63,806 nt of DNA, filler included, from Lenisia limosa (GCA_001655205.1; 10 parts of 10 records of this genome joined end to end with filler, not necessarily neighbours in it), one strand, 5' to 3'. Counted from the first letter of the whole stretch, positions 36,193-52,834 are shown. Notes: generated by a model from the sequence alone, not told the origin. A program made the numbers and translations.

Positions 36193-38360
36193 TTAAATCT
36201 CAGCATACAGGATGTCAGTCACAGAACTCTCGAAGTGAGAAGAAGCGTCATAGGAAGAACTGAGGAACACATTGTCTTCAGCGCTATTGTTCTTGGGGAA
36301 CATCATGGGGCTAGTCCACACAAACCTGCTTTGTGAGACAAATATTCTGATAGAGGAAAACCGCATTTGGCAATCTATAAAAATCTGCTCACTTCTCCTC
36401 AATAGCACCAAGAAGCTTGAAACCAGGCTCAAGCTCGGACTCGGCATCAGTTGTCTCAACGTTGGTACTGACAATGGCGATCCACTTGTTGGCAGCACAA
36501 ACTTGATGATCATGTGCGATGACAGCGACGTAAATGTCATTGGCGCGGTTGACCTGGGGGGAGTAAAGCGAAGGAAATTTCGATGAATAACATTNNNNNN
36601 NNNNNNNNNNNNNNNNNNNNNNNNNNNNNNNNNNNNNNNNNNNNNNNNNNNNNNNNNNNNNNNNNNNNNNAGGCGACAACAGACCTGCTTTTGGGGAATG
36701 ATGATTTGGGCAGAGTCAGCATTATCAGTTCCGACAACAGGATGGTTGAGAATGCAAATGGCGCGAACGACTTCACCCTTCTTCTCGCATTTATCCTCGA
36801 AGTAGGTGGGGTCGGCAATGACCTGAACGTTTAGTATTGGCCAATAGATGCATGGCAAGAGAGAAGAACCCAACAATTTTAGCCTTGGCGGTTTCTCCTT
36901 CTGAGGTAACACCGGCAAATTTGCCTTCTTCATCGTACTCAATCTTCTCAATGGGCTTGTTGAGCATGTAGGTACCACCTGTCTCATGAGATACGCATGT
37001 ATGCTGTAATTCTCACACACTAATACTCCACATTGAAAGAAGAGGATTCGTTTTCTGCAGACAAATCCTACCATAAATGGCGCAAAGACGGGCAAATCCT
37101 TGGGGAAGTTCACCAAGACCGTACATGGGGTAGATGTAGGGAGACTTTCTGATAATATTAGACACCGACAAAAGCTACTGACAAATCAAAAAGTGGAACC
37201 TCACAAACCCGAAACGAGCAAGAGAGTCGGCGTAGAGAGTGACACGATCGCAGACCCTAAAGCGTCATATTTGTCCTGATGAAGCATATCTGCAAAGAAA
37301 GGCCTACTCAATGGCGGGAAGGTTGTAGAAGGACTCGTCTTGGTAGAGAGCCATGGCGTGACCAATGAAGTCTTGGGTGTCGTCACCAAGGCCAAAGTCA
37401 GCCATCAGGTCGCGCATGGTCATCTTGGTCAGATCACGGCCTCCGTGGGTCTTAGGGTTCTCCTTTTCATAGTCTTGGAGGTAGACGAAGAATTTCTTGC
37501 AGCTACACGGTGAGCCCTACAGTGCTATTATACCCACCGTCTCTTCTCAAAGAATCCCATCAGGTTCGACTTCAAAGCCTCAGCATCAGTGGCAGGAACC
37601 TTCGAAACCTTTCCTGTACAACAGTTATTGAGTTCAACGAATTGTAAAAAGAGAATATAAGTGGTTATACGAAGAGAAAAAACACTTGAAAGTGACACGC
37701 TGTCACATTTTCTCGTTTTTAACAAAGTTGTCCATCCTACCATCACGGAAAACGTAAGAGCCAGCAACACTGCGGAAATCTAGATAACGAGAAACCTTGG
37801 TATGAACAAGCATCTTAACGAGTCCACCTGTGAAGGAATAAGAGGAATAAGACAACAGCAATAAAACGGAAGCTGTCACCAAATTGTAATGGTAGTTTAC
37901 TTATAACAAGCAAAATAGCTCACCAATTTCAATAATATATTAGTAAATGAATGCATGCATTTTGCGTGACTCACCTCCAGCAAGGATCAGTTTGGGAACC
38001 AGATCAATATTGTAGTCGCGAGGGCGACCAAGTGACTCAGGGGGCTTAGCTCCATCACGGTGCTTGCTGTAAAGCTGGTCCTAGAAGCGTAAAAGAAGAA
38101 CAATGCATTGAAGAAGATAGTCAATTTGACAAACCAAAGTTAAAGAAGCTGATTCTCCGCCATAGTAGTTGTTACGATCCATGTGGAGTACTGAAAGGTT
38201 AATATATGACTAAATGCAGTTCAAAAACACTTTACCTTTCTTTCCAGCAACTGAAAGCAGGCCTGATAGGACGCATTCCTTAAGTCCTGTACCAAGAACA
38301 ATTACATCATACTCTAAAAGGTGAAAACGAAACGTTCACGAAAATCAAACCTTCGTCCAT
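36193..38360 (-). CDS. GDI: Rab GDP dissociation inhibitor
   Basis: [20 protein letters not shown]; [18 protein letters not shown]; [10 protein letters not shown]; [14 protein letters not shown]; [11 protein letters not shown]; YDASSHFES. Confidence 0.95.
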
Positions 38361-38585
38361 CTTGTCAAATTAAGTTCAAAAACTACAGCACTCTAACAGA
38401 AAACGAGCAAATCATCAATAATTTTTTTCAACCTTTTAAGCAATGATCAAAAGATCGCCTATTGAGCATTTGCATGAAAATAGTAATGTAACCCTTTTCA
38501 TACTTGCAGTATTCAGTTTTATTTATTATATTATTAGAGGAGCTGAGAGCTAGTGAGTTCAGCGTGTGACTTCTAAGGGGGTACA

Positions 38586-42137
<3,552 letters not shown>

Positions 42138-42534
42138 CGCCCAGGCTCTTGAAAGTGAAAAGTGTGTAGCATCGCCACGTGAGTTTGTTGTTCGCCCTAT
42201 CAAAGAGATCAAGGGATCCAACGACATGCTTTGTGCCTTATTGCAGAGCGTTGAGTTCGACAAAGACATCGTAACCGAGGTTGGTTGTCTTCCCAATGTT
42301 GTTGTTTGGAGTGTTGGTCACTCTTTTGCAGTTACCCAAAATCTACGAAGAAATGATGCTCTCGCGGAGTCTAGCGTCGGTAATTGTCCCGGACTACGAG
42401 ACACGAATTGGAGCACAACCCTCACAAACTTAAGCAAATGTGGATACGCTCAAAACAAGATATGGTCTTCTGAATGATGTTGGAATGTTTCTGTTTCATG
42501 GTTTGGTTTTAAAAAATATATTTCGTGTTCCTTC

Positions 42535-43560
42535 TTATAAACCCATTAAATTACATAAGCAAGATAAAGATTGATCAGCTATTCTGCCATCTGCAATTCT
42601 CACCGCACGCTGATATAATAGAGGGATAGGATGTCCGTCGCCGCGCTTGACAAAGAGCAGTCCACGCCGCCGGATTTCTCCCCTTTTCCCCCTCTCCCAC
42701 TCTTCCCCTTTCACCAACCAACAAACCAAACAACTACACGCAACAACGCAGCTCTTCAACAGAGTAGTCAGGACAGAAGGACATATCACCCCACACCAAT
42801 CACAGACACGCACCACTGACACCCCGCAGCACGAATGGCCCAACACAGCCGGAACTTCTTGTAGATCTCCTCCAAAACAAAAAAAGCCGTTGTTATTATT
42901 CTGAAATGTCAGTAGTTGCCCAGGCAGTTGTGCTGACCACTGTTGGGGACAGAGTATTTTTTAAAGTGGGTTGTTTCCCTGTTTATTGAGAATATCTCTG
43001 ACAGCATCATTTGACTAAGATTATTTGCCATGCAGTGTCCCCCTTTGCTTTTGATAATCCCGTAGTCAACCAGTAATGCACCCACCTCGACCAGTCCTGA
43101 TGCTATTGCCTCTCTCTTGGCCATTTTCGCCCAGTTGTCAAGAGAGCTAGACTCTGGAGGTTTGGAGGGATGGGGCAATGTTTCAAATTTGCAGACAGGT
43201 AAGAAGTATTAAAACTGTTATTAGTTCAAAGCAGTATGGGTTCCAAACCAGGTTAAGGCGGACGTACTCATAGGCATATGTTCTTCCTTTCTTAATTATG
43301 TACCTAATCCTTGTTGGTATGCTGGAGTCACGTAGAAAGCTGTTCTTGGAGCTGTAAGGCAAATGATTGGGTGTTAATATCTCTTATAGATGTGATGGTT
43401 CCACATATTTTCTTCTAACAATAGCAGCAATTCAGCAAGTTGTTCTTTCCAAAGATGATGCTCTTTCATCCGCAGGTGTTCCAAATATGGATGAAGGTGG
43501 GTGCCAAATATAACACTATTATGCCACTCTATGTTGGGAGGCACATAAACCTGTTTGCAC
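42535..43560 (-). CDS. Possible hypothetical gene or decayed coding sequence
   Basis: Protein-like frames VYVPPNIEWHNSVIFGTHLHPYLEHLRMKEHHLWKEQL, NWAKMAKREAIASGLVEVGALLVDYGII and LEEIYKKFRLCWAIRAAG. Splicing not resolved. Confidence 0.35.
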
Positions 43561-43970
43561 TGAGTTATAAGGCAAATCTTGAGACACAGTGATATCAACC
43601 TTCAACAAAGCTATTGGTGATATTCTCCTGACCCCCATCATAGCTTCCATAAACATATTATCCCAACATCTGATGATATTGACCCTCTACCCACCCTATC
43701 TGCAATTATCACAAACATCCGCATCCATCACTCAAGTGGGTTATCTTGGTGAACAGATTAGCATGGATTCATATCATTACTTCAATATACGATAAACGTA
43801 GTGATTTTTGTTTTAACGTCAATCAATATCCTACCTACTACGCTGCTCGTCTCATCCGAACTCTCAATACTAATAGATATATTAGTATTGAGGGATCCAA
43901 TATCGCTTATTGTCGTGATGTGGACGGCTTATTTCTCATTTCTCTATATCATATTATATTTTATCCAGAT
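43330..43970. repeat. Composite interspersed repeat (modules B, E and G)
   Basis: Module B (gaaagctgt..cacagagttgtaaggcaaatgattgggtgaattaat) also at ~15950-16010 (reversed), 51880-51945, 53405-53475 and 55380-55415. Module E at 43660-43830 matches 46515-46683. Module G (aatatctctta..gatggtg.ggacgg) at 43900, 46830 and 51950. Confidence 0.8.
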
Positions 43971-44518
43971 GTGGTAATGATAATCATGAATAAACAGTTG
44001 AAATAATGAGCGACAATAGCTGGAGTGTTCCCCTAGAGTGTACTAGGCTTGAAGTTAACTCTAACAATTTCAGACACGTACATTTTTCAGTGAAAGAATG
44101 AAAGAGATATGATTGTTGAAGTTAATGCGTTTATTTTTTCAGAAGTTGTCACATTGATGATGAACAGTCATGGCCATGTTTATGGCATTNNNNNNNNNNN
44201 NNNNNNNNNNNNNNNNNNNNNNNNNNNNNNNNNNNNNNNNNNNNNNNNNNNNNNNNNNNNNNNNNNNNNNNNNNNNNNNNNNNNNNNNNNNNNNNNNNNN
44301 NNNNNNNNNNNNNNNNNNNNNNNNNNNNNNNNAAGGATCAAGAAGGATTGGAAGATTTTGTTGTCACCAATCTTGGACCATCTCTTCTTTCTTTGTAGTT
44401 GGTAATGGTTTCCATTTGTATGTTGCTGTTGAACTTATTTATTCTTTCTTGAACGTGAACACTAATAAATATTTAAATATTACAATACCTCAACCTGATA
44501 AATACAATACCTATTTGC

Positions 44519-45875
44519 CTAATTCTTTGGCCCTGTACCAGTTGAGCCAAAGCCACCGTCGCCTCTCACTGTGCTGTCAAGCTCAACAACCTAAATCGAT
44601 AATGCTTGACACGAACCCATGGGTGTTACAGGATCAAGTCCATTCGTTTTGGGCTCATATCACGAATTGCCTAATGTCTGCACCAACCTCCTTCAAGATG
44701 GGTCTTGCAATAGCTTCTAAAATGAGCTGGGCTATTCTCATTCCAGGAGTGACTAGTGAGGTTATTAATATTGCTTTCACCAAAAGGAATGGATTTTAGA
44801 ATTAGATTTCGGATTTTTACACGAAATTGTGACTTCTCACCGTGGAAGTCTTGCTGCCCAAGATTGAAGAGCACAATCCCGACCTCCCCCCTGTAGTCCT
44901 GAGGAAATTAAAATCCACAAGAAAAAAAACGAGAAAACNNNNNNNNNNNNNNNNNNNNNNNNNNNNNNNNNNNNNNNNNNNNNNNNNNNNNNNNNNNNNN
45001 NNNNNNNNNNNNACGTCCAAACCATGTTTGACTGCAAGTCCAGACCGAGGGGCTTACAGGGTCAGAAAAGTTGCTTCAAATAGAAGGAAATAAACAAGAT
45101 GGGATCATACATATTATTCTTTAATAACAATATTGTCTTCTCAATAGGAACACAAATGATTTTTCACTTACCGATTCGTCCATAGAAACCCTCAGGAACT
45201 GCAATCTAAAAAGGTCAAATAGGCAAAATGGAATATTGCCCAATTGTAAAACCTGAGAAACCCCTCCTCACAGCAAGACCAGTTTTGACAATAGCCCTGG
45301 ATCCAGCAGGTATCACAACATCAGCATTGCTGGGACTATCATTAATGTCAGGATTATCATAGTAAGGATTATAAATATATCTGGGGTATAATTTCATGTA
45401 TATGAAGGATTATCAATAACTGTCAGGATACATATTATACTGTTTTGCATTACAATTGTAAGGATTATCAATATTATTAGGATGGTCAATGGTGCTGTTC
45501 CAAACAAACCTGTGAATGTCAAGCCCAGCAGCTTGAGGTGAGCCAGCTAAAAGAGTGATTTCATTGAAAAAATTCAATGTAAAAGGATGATGCACCATTG
45601 TCAATTTTCTGGAATAACGTTGAGATGAACTGTTCTTGACAAATCCACAAGGTCTAGAGAAGGCTGTGGAGAAGAATAAAAGTTTTTTTCTTTTAAGAAC
45701 TGAATCTCACAATATATATAATAATTGTGCTGAACATAACTTCAGAAAACTTAATGATGATATGAAGGACATGTAATGATACATGATACGATATGACTGG
45801 CACCATCAAACCTTTAGGTGCCAAAGCATCCGGGCTGAGTTTAACAAACTCTAATACTTCCTCCTGAATGGTCAT
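44519..45875 (-). CDS. DUT: Trimeric dUTPase
   Basis: The conserved motifs appear across seven exons (motif III is partly hidden by Ns): KLSPDALAPK/AGSPQAAGLDIHS, VKTGLA/IAVPEGFYGRI/APRSGLAVKHGLDV, DYRGEVGIVLFN, GMRIAQLILE, TVRGDGGFGSTG. Confidence 0.95.
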
Positions 45876-46164
45876 CTGGAATAGAGGATGAGAGGATGAG
45901 AAACGGCTCTGCCTATAACATATTAGATCATCTGATCAAAACTCAACAAAGCAAAAATTGCGTTTCTTCTCCTCCTCTTTCTCAACCACAAAACGTGAAG
46001 TGATGGTGTTGTTGATGAGAAAATGAGAAACTGAGCTTCCTAAGTTGAGTAAGAAAATCTAAAATTCTTGACTTCATCCACCTGTTGCTAACAAGTTCTA
46101 CCTAGGTTGGTAATTCTTCAACTTTGGATAATAAACAACAATCTTGGCATTACACTCCAGGAAG

Positions 46165-46459
46165 ATGACCATCATCTCCGGAAAAAGAGCCATTCCAATG
46201 AGTGAGCCCCAGCTTAGCGATTTCCCAGCCTATCGTTCTCAGTCTATCCCCAACTTCGATGTAAGCAGTTTTCTTTTCTTGTGTTGCTTAAAGTTTTCTT
46301 ACTCCTGAAGTATTTTGAAAAGTATTTTATTTGATTGATGGAATGTCAGAATTCTCCATTTCTCCTACGACAAGAAAGCCTTTTAACGGTTCTAGAATCT
46401 GCATTCTTCAGCCCCGTCTAAAACGACAGGATGGCCGTTGGTCAGCGTTTTCCCTCATG
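46165..46459 (+). CDS. 5' exons of a hypothetical protein, head-to-head with dUTPase
   Basis: MTIISGKRAIPMSEPQLSDFPAYRSQSIPNFD|GTAAGC...CAG|DGRWSAFSL|GTAAGT. Confidence 0.5.
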
Positions 46460-46924
46460 TAAGTGGGCTCTCTTAGTTTCGAGGCTCCTGTTGTGTTTTT
46501 TTTATATTATTATTATTATCCCAACATCTGATGATACCCACCCTATCTACAATTATCACAAACATCCGCTTCCACAACTGAAGTGGGTTATCTTGGTATA
46601 CAGGTTAACATTCATAGGAATCATATCAATACTTCAATATACGATAAACGCAGGGATTTTTGTTTAAAAGTCAATCAATATCCACATATCCATTGGAACT
46701 GTTCCGAAACATATTGTAAAAGGTGTCTTGAACGGGCAACTCACGCGTTACGGTCGATTGTGTTCTCAACCGNNNNNNNNNNNAATATTTACGATAATAT
46801 TTTTCTATAGAGCCTTTGATGTCTAATCCAATATCTCTTATAAGCGTGATGGTGGGACGGTTTCGGCCAGATATTCATCTTTATTTTATTTTCTCATTGA
46901 TATGTGATATTATTATTATAATTA

Positions 46925-46947
46925 TTAGTAGTAGTAGTAGCAGTAGC

Positions 46948-47007
<60 letters not shown>
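46925..47007. repeat. (TAG)n microsatellite at a segment end
   Basis: Long tagtagtag run ending at the spacer. Confidence 0.95.
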
Positions 47008-47235
47008 NNNNNNNNNNNNNNNNNNNNNNNNNNNNNNNNNNNNNNNNNNNNTTAATTAATTAANNNNNNNNNNNNNNNNNNNNNNNNNNNNNNNNNNNNN
47101 NNNNNNNAATTCACAGATATATGGACGGTGATATATATACATATCATTATATAAAAAGACAATAGTAACAACTATAAAGCTCTTTACGATAGACAGAATT
47201 ATTATATACTACATGTATATTCCCCCCCCCCCCAC

Positions 47236-49294
47236 TATTAGCAGCAAAAGAAAGTTTAATAAGGAGTTTCGCTGTTGAGGAGTCATCCTGAAAAAATGAG
47301 GCACATATGGGAACAAGAGAACAATTAGTCACATCAGTTTTCACCCCCAAGGATAATGATATGGAGTTAAGAAATAAAACAAGGTTGTCGAGAATTTATC
47401 GAGAAATTTAGTCAAATTTGGACGTAGAAAGAACAAATTACTGCAAAAAAACAACCCCTTTAACCGCCCCATCCCAACGTTTCCCTCGACTTGTGTAAGA
47501 GGCCTTTCATCCGTTCCCCTGAAAAGGTCACATTATCGAGAATACAAGACTACTGCTGGGGGGGGGGGGAAATTTAGAAAATTCATGAAACCAAAAAGGC
47601 CCAAAATCGACTCTGTTGGTTGACAACACACGAGAGTTGATAATAACAAAACAAACAAAGCCCAGGCCGGTCGCTTCTGCAGCACCGCATCCCATCACTC
47701 CAGCGTACTAAATCGAAGGGAATTTGATTATAAACCATTGATATCCCCCATCATACTCATTTGTTGCCAAAATATCGATTCTATGGAACACATCAAGAGT
47801 GTCGTTCTGGGCCTCATAGAATTTCCCTAAATGGTAAGATGCTGGTTAATGAACTGCCCTAAATGGCAATGTTTACCTTCCGTATATGGTAAGTGTTGTT
47901 GACTAAAACTGTCTGGTTAGCTATAGAACGAACCACATTCATTACATAAACGATATAATTGTAATATATATATATATATATAGCTATATATAGCTTTGTG
48001 TTTCAATAAAAAAAAAAAATAAAAAAAAAAANNNNNNNNNNNNNNNNNNNNNNNNNNNNNNNNNNNNNNNNNNNNNNNNNNNNNNNNNNNNNNNNNNNNN
48101 NNNNNNNNNNNNTCAGTCGGGGAATTGTTGTAGTTCGGTCTGGATCTCTATGATCCTAGTTTAAATAGAGACTTTACTGCATAAATAATGTTATATCATA
48201 TTAAAAAAAAGAGAAGGGTCTGGGGGTGTTAATCAAAACCACATCCCATCAAAATGACAGCTCCTGGCCGCTGAGGGTTGGCAAATTTCTCAACCAAAAA
48301 GTTCGACGTAATTCTCTTGTAACACCTTTTCTTGGAGTATAGTCGTAATTTTTGGGTCCAACATTTCCAACCCCCTGCGACCAAGTGCCACAATGACAAA
48401 GCCAGCCTACTCTGTCGGGTGCTGAAGGAGTCTTTCGGATCAATGCGGAAGCTTTCACGGGTGTACTGGCTAAATAGGGTTAATTTTAGTGCTCCGTGTA
48501 GTGTTAAAAAAAAGTGATTTCAATAATTAAAGTGGGCCATATGGTCATTGTAGGACTCATGACTACGTGCAATTAATTTTTTGAAATTTGACAAATCTAC
48601 TTCCATGGAATGAATTGTGTAATACTTTTCACTGATAAATACTCTATGATCAAATTTGGAACAGGTCCAAAAGGGCAAGGTCACTATTACGGCTTCACTT
48701 CGGTTCAAAAAAAGAGTGAATGTATCGATAAATCCTCGAAAACTATCGATATTTTCCCGAGTTTTTCCGAACCGAAGTGAAGCCCAAGTTACTTTACTTA
48801 ATGTGGCGGTATAAAGAGCGGATAGCGGTATTCTGCGAAATGTCTTGTAGAAATATTTTATATTAGCCATATGACTTTACTGACAGCTATGATAAATAGT
48901 AATGTTATCAAACAATCAAAACAAGGCTCAAAGGAGCAGTATACACAGTTGGAAAGGCAGAAAACAAGCGAATATTAGTCAAAACTCGAAAAAACCGGAC
49001 CAACTTGGTGGAAATGCAATTCTCGTCCATATCACAACGATCAGCATAGTCGGAAATATTCTCCATTGACGGAATGCGGTGAGTGGATCGACTGCACTTG
49101 CACGTTGGCAGAACAAGACTGTTTGCGTTGGCAAGCTTCTGAGGCGAGCCATGATCAGGACACACCATGACAACGTCATCCTGGTCAGACACAATGCTGA
49201 TCTCAACGTCTTCAGCCTCTTGAACATCATGAGGGCTATCTGCGTCCTCCTGGAAGGACACGGCTTGAGTTGGCTTCTCAGAATCCGCCATTAT
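47236..49294 (-). CDS. Hypothetical protein (multi-exon, 3' truncated), head-to-head with CFAP57
   Basis: First exon MADSEKPTQAVSFQEDADSPHDVQEAEDVEISIVSDQDDVVMVCPDHGSPQKL...CISTKL; later exons include SCILDNVTFSGERMKGLLHKSRETLGW and DDSSTAKLLIKLSFAAN. Confidence 0.55.
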
Positions 49295-49604
49295 GCTAGT
49301 CACAACCTGGGTTTTCTCTTCAATTCCCACAAACTTGTATCAATTAGTGGTTAATAAAAGCAAATAGCGCTGGGAAGAGGAAGGAAGGCTGGTCGGAATT
49401 TCTGCAAAAAGGAGATGAAGATCACCACGATCCTTGCTTTTTGGAAAAAAAAATGAAGATGAATTTAAAAACTCAGCACCAATAAATAAGTAACTATCGC
49501 AATTTTCTTGTCTAGTTAGGGTAGTTTTTAAGTGAAATCTGTTTTCTGGTTTCTCTTTATTTTGTGAATCGTAAGGAGGAATCCTCAGGCAAATTTAGGC
49601 CAAG

Positions 49605-52600
49605 ATGGCCCTCGCTAGCTTTAGTTTAAGGCATGCTTTCGGCCTGAAGGGCGATGTCGCCAATAACGTTACCTACATTGATGAGCAGACCGTAGCTCTG
49701 CCTGTTGGGCGCAACACCATCCTCTACAACATTGATCAGCGGACGCAGCGCTTTATTCCCGGGCTCGACAAGTCTATGGGAATGACCGCACTTGCTGTAT
49801 CCCCCAACAGACGCTACATTGCTGTTGCAGAAAAGGCGGAAAAGGCTACTGTGGCGATTTACGACCTTCATGCTCTCAGGTTTGTTTCTGGGGCCCTTAC
49901 GTCCCGCCTCACCTCGCTGCTCCCCTTCCTCTGCCTCTCTTTTGATATTGGCTTCATTTTAAAGCCCTTATAGCCTGTAATAGGTCTTGCTTACGTCTTC
50001 ATTTGCGACTTTCTTTCGTGAACTTTGTTGTGACGAAAACGCGTACTTTTCTCCCTTTCATTTCACTATTCCCCTTTTTTTTCTTTTCTGTTCCATTTTT
50101 TGGGATTATTGGTTGTTTTTATGTTTTTATAATCGGGTCAAGGTGTTCACTCTTTTGGATTCCCTTTTTGCACTCGCCCTGCTCCGCTTCCCCCAACTTT
50201 AACTTCGTGTTACTTACAGTTCTTCTTCTTCTGCTGCTTTTTCTTCTTCTTCTTCTTCTTTTTCTTTCTCTTCCTCTTCCTCTTTCTCTTCCTCTTCCTC
50301 TTCCTTTTCCTTTTCCTTTTCCTTTTCCTTTTCCTTTTCCTTTTCCTTTTCCTTTTCCTCTTCCTCTTCCTCTTCCTCTTCCTCTGCCTCTGCCTCTTCC
50401 TCCTCTTCCTCTTCCTCTTCCTCTTCTTCTTCTTCTTCCTGTTTGATGCTAATACTTGAAGAAAGGATTAAACGTTTCTCTGTCACTATCATATGTGTAC
50501 ATACTACAGGAAAGCTCGTACTATCTCAGTATAATGGGGTTGACAAATTAGATACCCTATTTTATTTTGCGAAAGCCAACAGAGTTGATTTTGGGCTTCT
50601 TTTTTTTTGTTTCATAAAATTTTCCATGAAACCCCACTGACGGGCCTGAGATTTTGTTTCATTTTCCAATATGCATATGTTTCGTGAGTGTCATTTTTTT
50701 TTTTTTTTTGTTTCGNNNNNNNNNNNNNNNNNNNNNNNNNNNNNNNNNNNNNNNNNNNNNNNNNNNNNNNNNNNNNNNNNNNNNNNNNNNNNNTGGACAT
50801 TGACTGGAATTTACGGATTTAGACGGCGCAAGGTTCTTACAGCCGCTGATGGGACCAGTGAAACCATTGTCTCCCTGGCTTTCTCCCCGGACTCCAAGTA
50901 TATCATCATGCAGAGTGAGGAGGGGGTATATAATTAGGGCTTCCCTGTTGTCCGTAAAAGAAATATCTTGAAGTCCAACATTTTAAAATGTTGGGCTAAG
51001 CTCCATCTACATATGCTTCTCAATGACAGTGTCAAAATATCAATATTCAGGACTTTTCGCGGGCATTGTAACTACTCAAGAATTGTACTTATCCAATATA
51101 TAAGCGTGATGAACAACCTTGTTTTATTTCTCATCTCAATGTAATATGTAAATGTATACATGTCATGTGATGTAGCTATGTAGCATCTGCTGTTATTTCA
51201 CAGTTCACAATGTTATATCACCACAAACAGCTACTGGACCTTTTATTATTTGTCATCATCACCCTCAATTATATTTAATCCTCCTGTCTCAACCACTAAC
51301 AGTACTCTCACCAATCACATCATATACATTCAATACCTTTTTTTTTTGCAGTAGAGTCTCTATTGAAACTAGGATCATAAAGATCCAGTGGTACCATACT
51401 CAACTCACTACCCATAGCTACTGGACCCTTCACTTGGTCATTATCACCACCAATACTACTCCATCAATACCGTCATTCATCATCATCATCATCATCACCA
51501 GTACCACCATCAATTAACCACCACAGCCGGAGCCCCAGATTGGACCCTTTATTATTGGTCTTGGGAACGCGCCAAAATCCTTGCTTCAAACAGGTGTGCG
51601 GATGTTTCTCAAACGTTTATCTAAGTTGACTTTGGGTGTTTTTCTTTCCCNNNNNNNNNNNNNNNNNNNNNNNNNNNNNNNNNNNNNNNNNNNNNNNNNN
51701 NNNNNNNNNNNNNNNNNNNNNNNNNNNNNNNNNNNNNNNNNNNNNNNNNNNNNNNNNNNNNNNNNNNNNNNNNNNNNNNNNNNNNNNNNNNNNNNNNNNN
51801 NNNNNNNNNNNNNNNNNNNNNNNNNNNNNNNNTCCGGTACGCCTTTCTTGATTACATCACCATCCATCATAAGCTGGGGAGGCACGTAGAAAGCTGTGTG
51901 CACAAAGTTGTAATAATGATTGGGTGAATTAATATTATACTATAATCAAATATCTCTTATGATGGTGTGGACGGCTTCGGTATACAACCTTATTCTTTTT
52001 TCATTTCTCATTGCTATATATCCATCATATCTGTCAGTAAAGTCATATGGCTTGTATAATAATATTTCTACAAGAGATATCGCATAATCCACCCGCTTTC
52101 TTTTGGTCATTTCTATGGCTTTCCTTCGGTCCCAAAAATAGACTGAATTTCTCGATAAATCCTCGATAAATATCGATATTTTGACGATCTTTTTCGGACC
52201 GTAGGGAAGCCCTAGTCGCCACACCAACTACCACATCACCTTCACGCTTTCTGATGGGCATAGTCATGTCTACGTGCTTCCAATATATAGCCTACAGAGT
52301 TGACTTTACGCCTTTTTTTTTTGATTCATAAAATTTCCGTTTTTTGCTTTTTGTTTCTTAAATTATCTATTTTTACACCCGCAGATAACGCAGTTGTTGC
52401 TGTCTGTGGTGACAGCATCTTCAAATTGTTCCGATTCCTGGATGGTACACTTAAGCAGATTGCTGGTTGGGGCGGACGTTCAATGGAATTCTTTTTTTGG
52501 GGCAAGAAAAAATATTAAATAAATCGTGGGAAACATAAGAATACATAGGGATACCAAAGCAGCGCCTTCTCCCTCCCACTAGGTGCTTGAGGACTCCAAG

Positions 52601-52834
52601 CCCTATCTATGCTCTACTTTGAGTTATCTCAGGCTTTTGTTTTGTTTTGTTCCCAAATCAAAACAGTATTAAACCAACCTCACCACCACATATTGATTTG
52701 GGCTTTTTCTTGTTTCATAAATTTTCCCATTTTACCCCCCCCCCCACCAGGATCAATGGCAAAGCGTGAAGCTCAGGATTACTACAGTCACTGCTGGGTG
52801 AACGACGATCGTATTATTGTTGGAACAGATACTG
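49605..52834 (+). CDS. CFAP57: Cilia- and flagella-associated protein 57 (WDR65), N-terminal WD40 part
   Basis: HAFGLKGDVANNVTYIDEQTVALPVGRNTILYNIDQRTQRFIPG..GMTALAVSPNRRYIAVAE / RRKVL..SLAFSPDSKY / WTLYYWSWERAK / VCGDSIFKLFRFLDGTLKQ / YYSHCWVNDDRIIVGTDTG. This is colinear with the known CFAP57 N-terminus. Confidence 0.92.
50215..50445. repeat. Compound polypyrimidine microsatellite (TTC, CTCTTC, TTTTCC) in CFAP57 intron 1
   Basis: Visible directly in the sequence. It explains the spurious Glu/Lys-rich and Leu/Pro-rich ORFs here. Confidence 0.95.

Noticed and set aside
44170-44799. 209-aa plus-strand ORF as a separate gene
   Set aside because: It overlaps the last dUTPase exons on the opposite strand and starts through an N-run.
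46165-46459. CHMP7-like N-terminus
   Set aside because: Only a vague resemblance over a few residues.
47236-49294. FCP1/CTD phosphatase call (FLRPNLTKFLDKFS resembles the family)
   Set aside because: No DxDxT catalytic motif was found and the match is too short.
50003-50492. Glu/Lys-rich and Leu/Pro/Phe-rich ORFs
   Set aside because: They are translations of an intronic microsatellite.
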